Positions 47,515-58,169 of a DNA stretch of 64,000 bases are shown piece after piece (position 1 is the first letter of the stretch; each line of letters starts with the position of its first letter). A model generated the notes under the pieces. That model was not told the origin of the DNA. It worked only from the letters and a program-made list of their open reading frames with translations, and did not search any database. The position numbers and the translations under genes were made by a program. The stretch comes from Myxococcota bacterium (GTDB taxonomy: Bacteria; Myxococcota_A; SURF-8), in NCBI GenBank assembly GCA_965140415.1, contig OZ223209.1, positions 640,001 to 704,000 of the forward strand. Reading direction: 5' to 3'.

Positions 47515-48120
47515 CTATTCCACTGTTTCTTCCGGTCCGCTGTCTACTCGACTGCTTTCCAAGAGCGCCTTCTGGCGCAGTTTCTTGTAGAAATCCTTTT
47601 TGGCGTAAAACAAGCGCGATTTAACGGTCAGTTTGGAAGCGTTGACGATCTTCGCGATTTCTTCCGGGCTGTGCCCTTCGATTTCATGCAACACGAACAC
47701 GATGCGCTTTTTCGGAGCGATATCCTGGAGTATTTCGTTCACGATTCGAAGCTGCTCGCGATGGTTTACCTGCTTTTCCGGTGGATCTTCCGGATTGATC
47801 AACTGGTTGGCCCGTTCCGAAATATCTACCGGTTCAGGGGTGCCTTTTCGCTTGCGAAGATGCTGCAACGCCACATTGACCACCAGTCGATACATCCAGG
47901 TCGAGAATTTGCTGTCTCCCCGGAAACGTGGCAGGGAGCGGAAAATCTCCATGAAAGCGATTTGCATGATGTCTTCGAGTTCGGAGTCTGGACCGATGGT
48001 ACTGATCAGCACGCGGTGAACGTCCGTTTTGATCAGACGAAAAAGCTGATTATATGCCGTCTGATCGCCGGATTGGCAGCGATGAACAATTTTGTTGAGT
48101 TCATTGATGGATTGATCCAC
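47515..48120 (-). CDS. ECF RNA polymerase sigma factor
   Basis: EDIMQIAF, FRGDSKFSTWMYR, EIEGHSPEEIA, TVKSRLFYA; GTG start inferred. Confidence 0.92.
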   Translation of the reverse strand: MDQSINELNKIVHRCQSGDQTAYNQLFRLIKTDVHRVLISTIGPDSELEDIMQIAFMEIFRSLPRFRGDSKFSTWMYRLVVNVALQHLRKRKGTPEPVDISERANQLINPEDPPEKQVNHREQLRIVNEILQDIAPKKRIVFVLHEIEGHSPEEIAKIVNASKLTVKSRLFYAKKDFYKKLRQKALLESSRVDSGPEETVE

Positions 48121-48380
48121 GCCGTCATTCTCCCCAGTGAACGGTACCAAAAACGATAACACAGCATGGTTCCGAACTCAAGACGCCAAATCGGATTAAC
48201 ATGTAAAAGAACCAACGCCTTCTCCCAATGAGTGACGAATCATTGAGAAAAAGATCAAGAAAAACATTAATTTGTGGAATAAATCATTAAACAGAAGTAA
48301 ACCATCAAGTCTCCTTTTAAACAAAGGCCAGGAAAGCGAATTATTTCACGTTGTTATAATTGAGAATGATTGTGGATGAA

Positions 48381-49334
48381 TTAGAAGACTTTTATCGGGA
48401 ATCCTCGTTTTGCAGCGAAGGTGAACACCTTCAGCGCGATATCGCACTCCACTCCGATTTTTTTTGCGGTGTCCAGATTCAACGCGATTTCCATTCCTTC
48501 CGGAGGAGTGACCGGAATCAGAGTTGGGGAAACGCGATCTTTCAAAATACGTTTGGCAATGGTGGCAGCCTGTTTGCCGATCAGGGTGTAGTCCGGGGAA
48601 AGCGAAACCAGTGCGCCTACTTTCACGAACTTGGAAGTTAATGAAAAGAGTGGGATTTTCATGCGCACGGCGAAATCGACCAACGAAGCATGCGCGGATT
48701 GATTCAGAATCAGGTTATCCGGCACCACCCACAATGCATCCACTTTCCCTCGCATTCGCGCCAGGGCTTCGGCAACCTGGTTGCGGCTGTCGATTTCTTC
48801 AGCAACCAGTTGCAAGCCGATCGCCGCAGCAACTTGCCTGGATTCCTCGATGATTCTTCCGGTGTGTTGCTTGTTATAAATGACACCGACCGATTGCACG
48901 TTCTGAGCCATCAGTTTCAGAACTTTCAGTTGGGTCTTGATGGGTAACTGCATGGAAATACCGGTGATATTGTCAGCCTTCAAGCTTTTCAGGCTACTGT
49001 CGGGCACCAGGCAGAATACGATTGGAACGTCTTTCAATGCTTGTTTGGCAAGTGACGCAGCCAGGGGACCGACTGCCAGCACCAGTTCGGGCGGTGTTGC
49101 AGCCAGCAACTCCATGACCCGTTTCCCTTTATTGACATTGCGACTTAGATTGTACTCGACAACCGTATCGTTGGAGTTCACCGTAAACGAGGTAATGACG
49201 CTGTTGTAGCTATCCAGTTCGGCGCTTTTCACCACCGCGATTCTAGCTGCGAACGCAGTTGAGATACCGCCGCTGACCAATGCGATCCAAGCGGCACAGA
49301 GTATCCAAGTCAATCGTACGATCACGTGCATCAT
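48381..49334 (-). CDS. Orphan periplasmic solute-binding protein (ABC_sub_bind-like)
   Basis: Signal peptide; PIVF, NITGIS, VGVIYN, VDALWVVPD, LNLDTAKKIG. Confidence 0.8.
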   Translation of the reverse strand: MMHVIVRLTWILCAAWIALVSGGISTAFAARIAVVKSAELDSYNSVITSFTVNSNDTVVEYNLSRNVNKGKRVMELLAATPPELVLAVGPLAASLAKQALKDVPIVFCLVPDSSLKSLKADNITGISMQLPIKTQLKVLKLMAQNVQSVGVIYNKQHTGRIIEESRQVAAAIGLQLVAEEIDSRNQVAEALARMRGKVDALWVVPDNLILNQSAHASLVDFAVRMKIPLFSLTSKFVKVGALVSLSPDYTLIGKQAATIAKRILKDRVSPTLIPVTPPEGMEIALNLDTAKKIGVECDIALKVFTFAAKRGFPIKVF

Positions 49335-49731
49335 TCGTTTTCGAGTTCCCGGTTATGTTGGAAGATCCTAGCAATGAAAATACTATCACAACATATTTGC
49401 GAAACGCAACTTTGCGTCGCAGGTTTTTTATCGGCGAAAGATTTGAAAACATTAATGATATCGGCAATATACTCAATGTCTTCTTGTCGGGTGCGCCGCG
49501 AGGTAACCGTGATCGAAGGCGTTTTGAACATTGAAATGTGAGTGTGCCACTTTTTAAAAAATGATGATTTAGTACGAAAAACACTTTTCTTTTTAAATTC
49601 TTGTGGTATCATCCCGGCCCTTTCGAGATCCGGGCGGCTGTTCGCTGCGACTAGTGGATCTCACTGTTGTTTTTTTGCTTGCACATGGCCCGTCACGCAG
49701 CCCGTCGATTGGTCATACATGGAGAAAAGAG

Positions 49732-51807
49732 ATGGGTATCTCGACCGCACGAAACATTGGTATTGCTGCACACATTGACGCTGGAAAGACGACTGTTACC
49801 GAACGCGTTCTCTATTATACGGGAATGACACATAAAATCGGGGAAGTGCATGATGGCCGCGCCACCATGGATTTCATGAAACAGGAGCAGGAACGTGGGA
49901 TCACCATTGCGTCCGCCGCGATTTCCTGCAAATGGAAAGACCATTCCGTTAATATCATCGATACACCCGGACACGTGGATTTCACCATCGAAGTGGAACG
50001 TTCCATGCGCGTACTCGATGGCATCGTGGCAGTATTCTGTGCGGTTGGTGGTGTGGAAGCGCAAAGTGAAACCGTGTGGGGCCAAGCCGATCGTTATCAC
50101 GTGCCTCGCATCTGTTTTATCAATAAGATGGATCGTTCCGGCGCGGATTTCCTTCAGGTTGTCAAACAGTTGGATGAGCGCCTGGGTGCCAGCCCGGTTC
50201 CTTTCCAGTTGCCGATCGGAGCGGAAGACGATTTCGAGGGTGTCATTGATCTGGTGCGCATGGTTGCCGTTCGTTTCCCGGAAGGTCTTGTAGAAGAGTT
50301 TGAAATTCCGGAAGAATTACTGGCCGAGGCGCAGCAATGGCGTACCAATCTGATCGAGCATCTGAGCGAATTCGATGATGAACTGGCGGAATTGTACCTG
50401 GAAGATGGTGAGATTCCTGTAGAATTGTTGCAACGGGTAACACGTCATTGTGTGGTGCGTTCGTTGTTTACGCCGATTTTCTGCGGCGCGGCCTATCAGA
50501 ACCTGGGTATTCAGCCTTTACTGGATGCCGTTGTCGAATATCTGCCCAGCCCCTTGGACAAGGGAGTCGCAACCGGAGTGGATATCAACGATCATGAAAA
50601 GCCGATCACCCGGCCTCCCAGTAGCCAGGAGCCGTTCTGCGGTCTGGCGTTTAAAGTCATTCACGATCCCTACGTCGGTCAGCAGACCTTCGTGCGAACC
50701 TATTCCGGTACGGTCAAGGCTGGCGATTCGCTGATGAATGCCACCACCGGCAAGAAAGTGCGTGTCAGCCGTATTCTGCGCATCAAAGCCAAAGATCGTA
50801 TTGAAATGGAAGAAGTGGGACCGGGCGATATCGTTGCGTTTATCGGACTGAAAGACACCTTTACCGGCAACACGCTGTGTGACATCGAAGCGCCGGTGCT
50901 GTTGGAGTCGGTGCGTGTGCCCGAACCGGTGATCAGCATTAAAGTCGGAACGGAAACCCGTAAAGAACTGGAAAAGCTGCATCAGTCGCTGCGCAAGATT
51001 TCAATGGAAGATCCTTCTTTCAGTGTGCGCGTTGTGGAGCGTACCAACGAAACGATCATTGCCGGTATGGGAGAACTGCACCTGGAAGTCATCGTGGACC
51101 GGTTGAAGTCCGATTTCAACGTGCAGGCCATGGTCGGGCAGCCTTCGGTCGAGTATCGGGAAACCGTAACAGCCGAGTATCGTCACAACTACAAGTTCGT
51201 CAAACAATCCGGTGGACGTGGCCAGTTCGCACATACCATCATGCAGATCGAACCGAACCCCGGCGGCGGATTCGAATTCCATAATCAGGTGGTGGGCGGA
51301 AACATTCCGACCGAGTATATTCCGGCAGTGCGCAAGGGAATCGAAGACACCTTGAACAGTGGAATTCTGGCGGATTACAACGTGGTGGATGTTAAAGTGA
51401 CCCTGATCGACGGTTCCTTCCATCCGGTGGACAGTTCGGAAATGGCTTTCCGTACTTGTGGTTCGATCTGCTTTAAAGAAGCCTTCATGCGCGCCAAGCC
51501 GCAGTTGATGGAACCCATCATGCTGTTGGACATCGCCACGCCGGACGATTACATCGGAGATATCGTGGGCGATCTCAATCGCCGTCGCGGTCACATTCAC
51601 AACATGCGACGTTTCCGCAAGGGCTCACAGAAAATCACCGCCGAAGCGCCGTTGATGGAGCTGTTCGGTTACGCGACCACGATTCGTTCGCTCTCTTCGG
51701 GTCGTGCCAACTATTCGATGGAAATGAAGCGCTTCTCGCCGCTACCCGAATCCTTGCAGGCCAAGGTGCTGGAAGAAGCTCACAAACGCATGCGCGGCGA
51801 GCAGTAA
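49732..51807 (+). CDS. fusA: Elongation factor G (stand-alone paralog)
   Basis: [44 protein letters not shown]; no rpsL/rpsG/tuf neighbours. Confidence 0.93.
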   Translation: MGISTARNIGIAAHIDAGKTTVTERVLYYTGMTHKIGEVHDGRATMDFMKQEQERGITIASAAISCKWKDHSVNIIDTPGHVDFTIEVERSMRVLDGIVAVFCAVGGVEAQSETVWGQADRYHVPRICFINKMDRSGADFLQVVKQLDERLGASPVPFQLPIGAEDDFEGVIDLVRMVAVRFPEGLVEEFEIPEELLAEAQQWRTNLIEHLSEFDDELAELYLEDGEIPVELLQRVTRHCVVRSLFTPIFCGAAYQNLGIQPLLDAVVEYLPSPLDKGVATGVDINDHEKPITRPPSSQEPFCGLAFKVIHDPYVGQQTFVRTYSGTVKAGDSLMNATTGKKVRVSRILRIKAKDRIEMEEVGPGDIVAFIGLKDTFTGNTLCDIEAPVLLESVRVPEPVISIKVGTETRKELEKLHQSLRKISMEDPSFSVRVVERTNETIIAGMGELHLEVIVDRLKSDFNVQAMVGQPSVEYRETVTAEYRHNYKFVKQSGGRGQFAHTIMQIEPNPGGGFEFHNQVVGGNIPTEYIPAVRKGIEDTLNSGILADYNVVDVKVTLIDGSFHPVDSSEMAFRTCGSICFKEAFMRAKPQLMEPIMLLDIATPDDYIGDIVGDLNRRRGHIHNMRRFRKGSQKITAEAPLMELFGYATTIRSLSSGRANYSMEMKRFSPLPESLQAKVLEEAHKRMRGEQ

Positions 51808-51850
51808 TCGGTTGTAAGGATTAGATATATTTGCTCTGTTGGCAAATTTG

Positions 51851-51882
51851 AGAGGATGGGATTTCCCATCCTCTTTCTCTTT
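51851..51882 (+). terminator. Terminator between convergent fusA and htpX
   Basis: AGAGGATGGG-ATTT-CCCATCCTCT followed by TTCTCTTT. Confidence 0.8.
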
Positions 51883-51934
51883 GCGCGCTACGAGTTTGTT
51901 GGGGGGTGTACTGGGGTGCAAGTGGTTTTTGAAT

Positions 51935-53020
51935 CTAGCCTGCTCCCATTTCTCGGAGACGCTGGATACGATCCTCCAAAGGCGGATGGGTGTTGAAAAG
52001 GCTGCTTTTGCCGGAACTGGCGGCTTTCAACGGATTGACGATATACATATGCTGGGTAGCGCGATTGGCGGAGAACAACTCTCCCTGCTTTCCTGCGATT
52101 TTGGCAAGTGCGCTGGCCAACCCATTGGGATTGCGGGTAAAAGCCACCGAGCGGGCGTCGGCCATGTATTCGCGCTTTCGCGAAATCGCCATTTGCAGCA
52201 TCATGGAAAACAGCGGAGCCAATATCGCCAAAACGATGGTGGCGATCAAAATGATAATCGCCAGCCGCCCGTCGATTTTACTGGAGCGCGAACGGCGGCT
52301 GAAGATGCCGTAGCGCAGGAAATAGTCGGACAGCAACGCGATCACGCCCACCAGCGCGGTTGCCAGCATCATGAAGCGGATGTCGAAGCTGGCGATATGC
52401 GCCATCTCATGCGCGATAACTCCCTGAAGTTCATCACGATTCAATGTTTCCAACAGTCCCCGCGTAACGGTGACGGCGCTATGCTCCGGGTCGCGCCCGG
52501 TGGCAAAGGCATTCGGAGTCGGATCTTCAACCACAAAAACATGCGGGCGGGGAAGGCCGCTGGCGATGCTCATTTCCTCAACTACATTGAACAATTGCCG
52601 AAATTCGGTTTCGTCTTCGGTGACCTCGCGCGCGCCTGCCATGGCGATAATCAACGCTCCGCCGCGATAGTAGGCCAGCAGCATGTAAATGCTGGAAAGC
52701 ACGGCGGCAATGCCCAGACCGATCAGGCCGCTTTGCACCGTCATGCCGTGACTGAAACCGACACCGAACCCCAGGGCGCATAAAAGCAGCATGAAAACAA
52801 GCATCAGCACGCGACTGCGCCGTCGATTGCGTCGAATCTCCGCTACGAAGTCTGCCCGTTCGGCAGGACCAAGTGTATTGGGAGAGGCTGTTTGCGGGGC
52901 GGAATCGGTCGCCTGCGGCGCAAGCGGTGCAAAAGTCGCCAGGCACAATTCGCAATAGCTCGCGCCTGCGGGGTTAGCGTGGCCGCATTTCGGGCACGGG
53001 ATCTGTTCGGAAGCGTTCAT
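51935..53020 (-). CDS. htpX: HtpX-like M48 zinc metalloprotease with N-terminal zinc ribbon
   Basis: PNAFATG, HEMAH, SRKREYMAD, THPP; CPKC...CELC. Confidence 0.9.
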   Translation of the reverse strand: MNASEQIPCPKCGHANPAGASYCELCLATFAPLAPQATDSAPQTASPNTLGPAERADFVAEIRRNRRRSRVLMLVFMLLLCALGFGVGFSHGMTVQSGLIGLGIAAVLSSIYMLLAYYRGGALIIAMAGAREVTEDETEFRQLFNVVEEMSIASGLPRPHVFVVEDPTPNAFATGRDPEHSAVTVTRGLLETLNRDELQGVIAHEMAHIASFDIRFMMLATALVGVIALLSDYFLRYGIFSRRSRSSKIDGRLAIIILIATIVLAILAPLFSMMLQMAISRKREYMADARSVAFTRNPNGLASALAKIAGKQGELFSANRATQHMYIVNPLKAASSGKSSLFNTHPPLEDRIQRLREMGAG

Positions 53021-53039
53021 GATGATTCAGATCGCGAAA

Positions 53040-53600
53040 TCAGAATTTAACTTGAACGTTCTGGCGCTCTTCCTCGGGCGCTTCGAATAGTTCTTCTTCC
53101 TTGAAGTTGAACATGTTGGCGATGATGTTGGAAGGCACCACCTCGCGCTTGGTGTTGTAGCGATAGACGCTGTCGTTGTAATACTGCCGCGCAAACGCGA
53201 TCTTGTTTTCGGTGGCGGTCAGTTCTTCCTGAATCTGCATCATGTTTTCGTTGGCGCGTAATTGCGGATAATTTTCCGATAGCGCAAACAGGCTTTTCAA
53301 TGCGCCGGAAAGCATGTTTTCCGCTTTGGCCTGCTCGGCAACGCCGTTTGCATTGATGGCCATATTGCGCGCCTGGATCACCGCTTCCAGGGTTTCGCGT
53401 TCGTGCTTCATGTAGCCTTTGGCTGTTTCAACGAGATTCGGAATCAGGTCGTAACGGCGTTTCAGTTGCACGTCGATTTGCGCCCAGGCATTTTTTACAC
53501 CGTTGCGCATGGCGACCAGGCCGTTATAAGCCGTCACCGCCCAGATGATTACGAGCAGAAAGAGTCCCAGGATTACCAGAAGCGCGTATAGCATCGTCAT
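53040..53600 (-). CDS. lemA: LemA family protein
   Basis: IDVQLKRRYDLIPNLV, ENYPQLRAN, ENKIAFARQYYN. Confidence 0.95.
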   Translation of the reverse strand: MTMLYALLVILGLFLLVIIWAVTAYNGLVAMRNGVKNAWAQIDVQLKRRYDLIPNLVETAKGYMKHERETLEAVIQARNMAINANGVAEQAKAENMLSGALKSLFALSENYPQLRANENMMQIQEELTATENKIAFARQYYNDSVYRYNTKREVVPSNIIANMFNFKEEELFEAPEEERQNVQVKF

Positions 53601-53632
53601 TCCCCTTTATAAATCCGTGTAAAAAGATGGTG

Positions 53633-54334
53633 TCAGCGCCAGTCGCTCGGTGTCGTCTGTAACAACGACAAGACCTGCTCGGTGTCGGATAGGTTTTCGA
53701 GCACCGTGCAGGGACCGGCGGCTTTCAATTCCGCTTCAGTCGTCATTCCGGTCGTGACCGCCAGGCAGCGCAGGCCGTTGTCATCGGCGCAACGCACATC
53801 GCCGACACTGTCGCCGAGGATGATGGCGTCCCGATCTCCGAATGATACACCATAATACCTCGTGGCGCGCCGAATGGCAATGGGAATCAAATCCGCGCGG
53901 ATGGCGCTGTCGGAGGCGAAACCGCCTACAGGGAAATAGCGATTGAGATCAAAGGGGGTGAGTTTCAGCCGTGCGCCGCGTTCGTCGTTGCCGGTTACGA
54001 GCGCCAGATACAAGTCCTCGGTGGCCTCGATGCGTTGCAGCAGTTCGCGCACACCAGGCAGTAAAATCCAGTCCTGCGCCTGTTGCTGTTCCTGATCGAG
54101 ATAAGAGACGTACAACTTCATGAACGGTTCGTAGTCTTCTGGTTTATAGGGAAGTTGATTTTCCGCGAAGAGTTGCGGAACGATAATCGGATCGGTTTTT
54201 CCATCGGGTCGCACGGAAACCACCGGACCATTGTAGCCAGTGTAATCGGACAGGGCGCGCGTCATGGCGCGCAGACCGGCACCACCGGTCTTGACCATCG
54301 TCAGATCGATATCGAACAACAGCAGCGTAGCCAT
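53633..54334 (-). CDS. HAD-superfamily hydrolase
   Basis: LFDIDLT, TGN, GDSVGD. Confidence 0.88.
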   Translation of the reverse strand: MATLLLFDIDLTMVKTGGAGLRAMTRALSDYTGYNGPVVSVRPDGKTDPIIVPQLFAENQLPYKPEDYEPFMKLYVSYLDQEQQQAQDWILLPGVRELLQRIEATEDLYLALVTGNDERGARLKLTPFDLNRYFPVGGFASDSAIRADLIPIAIRRATRYYGVSFGDRDAIILGDSVGDVRCADDNGLRCLAVTTGMTTEAELKAAGPCTVLENLSDTEQVLSLLQTTPSDWR

Positions 54335-54511
54335 CAATGCTCCTTTTACATCGTTGCGATCAAGTAGCTTAAAACGGGAATCACCTTATCACAACCGAGT
54401 GTCGAACAGAACCAATTACAATCCGATTCAACCTCTTTCTAATGTATGTCACGTTCATCGAGCAGGAATGGCTCTCTGTCTTGACGCCATCCTGACCACA
54501 GGGATTACTCC

Positions 54512-54540
54512 TTGACGCATACGGCAGATAGCCGTATAAT
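54512..54540 (+). promoter_or_regulatory. TA operon promoter with internal operator
   Basis: TTGACG-N17-TATAAT; palindrome ATACGGC-AGATA-GCCGTAT at 54519-54537. Confidence 0.85.
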
Positions 54541-54567
54541 CCAGGTAATGAAAGAAGGAGGTGTCCC

Positions 54568-54849
54568 ATGGGAACCCCGACACTTGAAATGAAACGCCTT
54601 GAAGCCCGGATTCCGGCCAAAATAAAAGACCTGCTCGAACAGGCCGCCCTCTTGGAGGGAAGAAGTCAGACGGATATTATTATCGAAGCCCTGCGGACCC
54701 AAGCGTATAAAATCATACGGGAACATGAAGCCATTCATTTAAGCAGAGAAGATCAGATTCGTTTTGCCGAGTCGCTGCTCAATCCTCCCGAACCCACCGC
54801 CAAACAGAAACGTACGGCCAAATGGTTTAAAGAGGAATTCGGCAAGTGA
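54568..54849 (+). CDS. DUF1778 RHH antitoxin (TacA/AtaR-like)
   Basis: RLEARI..KDLLEQAALLEGRSQTD, LLNPPEP. Confidence 0.9.
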   Translation: MGTPTLEMKRLEARIPAKIKDLLEQAALLEGRSQTDIIIEALRTQAYKIIREHEAIHLSREDQIRFAESLLNPPEPTAKQKRTAKWFKEEFGK

Positions 54850-55364
54850 GCCGGAAAAAACTGGGAGAATTATATCGTTTCGAACCCCTCGACAAGTCTC
54901 ATGATCGTAACGTTTTCGATTGCGGGAACGAACGGCTGAACACCTATTTCCGACAACAGGCATTGCAAGATCAAAAAAGGAAAGTTTCTACTGTTTTCGT
55001 GGCGGTAGAAAAGAAAACGAGGGCCGTTCACGGTTTTTACACTCTTTCGGCGGCTCATGTAAAACTCAACGACTTTCCCGCATCAACGGCGAAGAAGCTG
55101 AGCAAATACAAGGATCAACCCGCTATCCGGCTGGGTCGTTTAGCCGTTCATAAGGACGTTCAGGGAAAAAAACTGGGAACCTTTCTGCTTTACGAAGCCA
55201 TGTTGAAAATTATCGCACAGCAAATCGGCTGGGTGGCTTTCATCGTGGATGCCAAGGGTGACAACGCCCGCAATTTTTATCTTGGTCATGATTTTCTGTC
55301 TTTTAAAGACGATCCTCTCCATTTGTACCTGATGAGGTACACCATCGAAAAGTTGCTGCGATAG
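54846..55364 (+). CDS. GNAT acetyltransferase toxin (TacT/AtaT-like)
   Basis: FDCG..LNTY, GFYTLS, LGRLAV..QGKKLG, VDAK, FY; GTGA overlap with the antitoxin. Confidence 0.9.
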   Translation: MSRKKLGELYRFEPLDKSHDRNVFDCGNERLNTYFRQQALQDQKRKVSTVFVAVEKKTRAVHGFYTLSAAHVKLNDFPASTAKKLSKYKDQPAIRLGRLAVHKDVQGKKLGTFLLYEAMLKIIAQQIGWVAFIVDAKGDNARNFYLGHDFLSFKDDPLHLYLMRYTIEKLLR

Positions 55365-55404
55365 GGTCTGCGCTTCAATGAAAAGAAGCGGAGAATAGCT
55401 GAGC

Positions 55405-57129
55405 CTACATATCGATGACGATCGGAATCACCACCGGTTTGCGGTCGAGCTTTTTATTGAAGAAGCGGCGCACGGTCAGCCGGATTTCCTCTTTGACTTC
55501 CTCCAGGTCTGTGCGCGAGATAGACGGCATCGCGTTCAGCGCGGCAAGCACCGCCCGGCTGGCTTCACCAAACAGCGGCTTGGCTTCGTCCTCGAACAAA
55601 AAGCCACGGGAAAAGAGTTCCGGTCCCAACAGCAGTTCTCCGGTCGTGCGGTTGAAAATGACCAGGGCGGAAATGATGCCGGTTTCGCTGATCTTGCGGC
55701 GTTCACGCAACTGGTCCGGCCCGACGTTGCCCACGCCTTTGCCATCGACGTACACTCGCCCCGTCTCGATGCGATCCACCAGCGTGCCCACGCTATCTTT
55801 AAACTGCACCACATCACCGTCGTTGATGATCATGATGTTTTTCTCGGATACGCCGCAATCCACAGCCAGTTTTCCGTGGGTGACCAGGTGCCGGTGTTCG
55901 CCATGCACCGGAATGAAGTAGCGTGGCTTGATAAGATTGAGCATCGTAGCCAGTTCACCGCGATGACCGTGACCGGAAGTATGCACGATGTGTGTGCGCT
56001 CGGTAAAGACTTCCGCGCCGCAACGCGACAGGTGATTCAGGATGTTGGAGACGGAACGCTCGTGTCCGGGAATGATGCGCGAGGATAAAATCACGATATC
56101 CCCTGGATCGACCTTCAATGCCTTGTGGTTGTTCAAGGCGATGCGGGTCAGCACCGAGCGAGGTTCTCCCTGGCTTCCTGTTGCCAGAATGCAAACCTGC
56201 TCCGGTGGCATTTTTGCGACCTGGTCTTCATCGATCAACTGGGCGCTGTCTAATTTGAGCAGTCCCAGGTTGCGCGCAATACTGGTGGTGCTTTCCAGGC
56301 TGCGCCCGGCAATGTGAATTTTGCGTCCATAGCGGCGGGCCAGATCGCAAATATGCTGAATGCGGGGAATCGAACTGGCAAATAGCGACACGAAAATCTT
56401 TTTATTGGCGCGATGGAAAATCGTGTCGATTTCTGCGGCGACTTCGCGTTCTGGACGAGTGAAGCCGGGCCGCTCCACGTTGGTGCTGTCACTCAACAGG
56501 GCCAGCACACCACGCCGTCCAAGCTCGGAAAACCCGGAGAAATCAAAGACATCAGAATTGGTGGAGGTGGTATCGATGCGGAAATCTCCGGTATGAACCA
56601 CCAGCCCCTCCGGGGTATCCAGCGCCAGGGAAATGGCGTCGCAGATCGAATGATTCACGGATAAAAACGAGGCGCGGAAATGCTCGAACTCGATATGCTC
56701 TCCCGCCTTGATTTCATTCAGGTAGGTGTAGCCAATACGGTCGTGTTCTAACAGTTTTTCCTTGATCAACTCCAGCGTAAAACGGGTGCCATAGACTGGT
56801 ACGTTGAATTCCTGTAGGAAAAAGGGAACCGCACCGATATGATCTTCATGACCGTGGGTTAGAATCAACGCCTTGATTTTACCGCTGTTTTCCCTTAGAT
56901 AGTTGAAATTGGAGATGACCAGGTCGATCCCTAAAAGGGAAGAATCGGGGAATAGACCGCCGCAGTCCACGACGATGATTTCGTCGTGGTAGTGGTAGGC
57001 CATCATATTCATGCCGATTTCGCCTACGCCACCCAGTGGAACGATATGCAGTGCCTTTTGCTGGTATAAATGAGTTTTGTATTCCTCAGGCAGCTCGACT
57101 TTTTCTGTATTCTGTTCGTTTTGCATCAC
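55405..57129 (-). CDS. rnj: Ribonuclease J
   Basis: PLGGVGEIGMN, THGHEDHIG, HTGDF, SDSTN, TGSQGEP, HTSGH, PVHGE. Confidence 0.96.
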   Translation of the reverse strand: MMQNEQNTEKVELPEEYKTHLYQQKALHIVPLGGVGEIGMNMMAYHYHDEIIVVDCGGLFPDSSLLGIDLVISNFNYLRENSGKIKALILTHGHEDHIGAVPFFLQEFNVPVYGTRFTLELIKEKLLEHDRIGYTYLNEIKAGEHIEFEHFRASFLSVNHSICDAISLALDTPEGLVVHTGDFRIDTTSTNSDVFDFSGFSELGRRGVLALLSDSTNVERPGFTRPEREVAAEIDTIFHRANKKIFVSLFASSIPRIQHICDLARRYGRKIHIAGRSLESTTSIARNLGLLKLDSAQLIDEDQVAKMPPEQVCILATGSQGEPRSVLTRIALNNHKALKVDPGDIVILSSRIIPGHERSVSNILNHLSRCGAEVFTERTHIVHTSGHGHRGELATMLNLIKPRYFIPVHGEHRHLVTHGKLAVDCGVSEKNIMIINDGDVVQFKDSVGTLVDRIETGRVYVDGKGVGNVGPDQLRERRKISETGIISALVIFNRTTGELLLGPELFSRGFLFEDEAKPLFGEASRAVLAALNAMPSISRTDLEEVKEEIRLTVRRFFNKKLDRKPVVIPIVIDM

Positions 57130-57197
57130 AACTCTTCAATCACCTTGAACTCGATAAACAACATTAACAACAACAACTCCATCAGGTAACAGAGACT

Positions 57198-58028
57198 TCA
57201 TCTTCTAGAAGGCAGCAAGGGGCGCATGGTGCGTCGTTTTTGCTTGCGCGGATTCAGTTCGTCCGAACGCTTTTGAGCCCGGCTGGCTTCGCGATTGCGT
57301 CCGCGTCGCTGGTAAAACTGCGCCAATCTCAAATAGGCAAGCGAGGTATTGCCCTGTAGCCGAATCAGCTGTTTCAGCGTCTCTTCGGCTTTTTGATATT
57401 GTTTTGTATCCTCATATAGTTTTGCCACAATAGACAACACGGAGACATTGTCCGGTTGTCGTTGCAGCAACCAGTCGTATTCGCTGATCGCCTGGGCGGA
57501 ACGTTCCTGTTCTCGGTACAGGTTGGCCAGGCGAAGATGCGCGTCTTCGAAATCGGGATTGCGCCGGATGGCCTCTTGAAAACGCCGCTCGGCCACGTCA
57601 ACCTGACCCAGATGATACTGGGTAATGCCCAATAGATAATATGTCCTGGGATTTTCGTGGTTTATCTCCAGGGCTCGCTGCAATGCATGTAGCGCCGCCT
57701 GCTGGTCGTTGTCGTACAGGGGGTGTGTCAGTGCCAATTGAAGATAGGGCAGATCCCATTCGGGAACCATCCAACTGGCTCGCTGCCAATGATGAAACGC
57801 CTCGCGCATGTCTCCCTGCTTGAAGCTGCGATGACCTGCCTCGAAGTGAGCGATCCCGCTGACTCTGCGATCGTAAGCCTGCTGTGCCCGTAAGACCTCG
57901 ATTTCGAACAACTCTTTCTCGTTCAGAAACGAAGGTGGCTCTAAGGTCCGACATCCGCCGCAAAGGGAGCAAAGCAACAACGGAATAAACAGGAAATGTA
58001 CAATTCTGGTAAAATACAACGTGTTCAC
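57198..58028 (-). CDS. TPR-repeat lipoprotein
   Basis: Lipobox-like CGGC; tandem TPRs. Confidence 0.8.
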   Translation of the reverse strand: MNTLYFTRIVHFLFIPLLLCSLCGGCRTLEPPSFLNEKELFEIEVLRAQQAYDRRVSGIAHFEAGHRSFKQGDMREAFHHWQRASWMVPEWDLPYLQLALTHPLYDNDQQAALHALQRALEINHENPRTYYLLGITQYHLGQVDVAERRFQEAIRRNPDFEDAHLRLANLYREQERSAQAISEYDWLLQRQPDNVSVLSIVAKLYEDTKQYQKAEETLKQLIRLQGNTSLAYLRLAQFYQRRGRNREASRAQKRSDELNPRKQKRRTMRPLLPSRR

Positions 58029-58169
58029 GAAACCACTATTAGCCTTAGTTTGTATTCCAAGCTGTTTGAGCAGCCTTACATAAATCAGTTTACTATATCG
58101 AACTTCCGATATGATCTCAATGAAAAATAACGAAGCTTTGAGTTGGTTTTTACCGGATTTTGTGGCGAA

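Noticed and set aside
51839-52783. 314-aa + strand ORF
   Set aside because: Antisense to htpX and starts across a terminator
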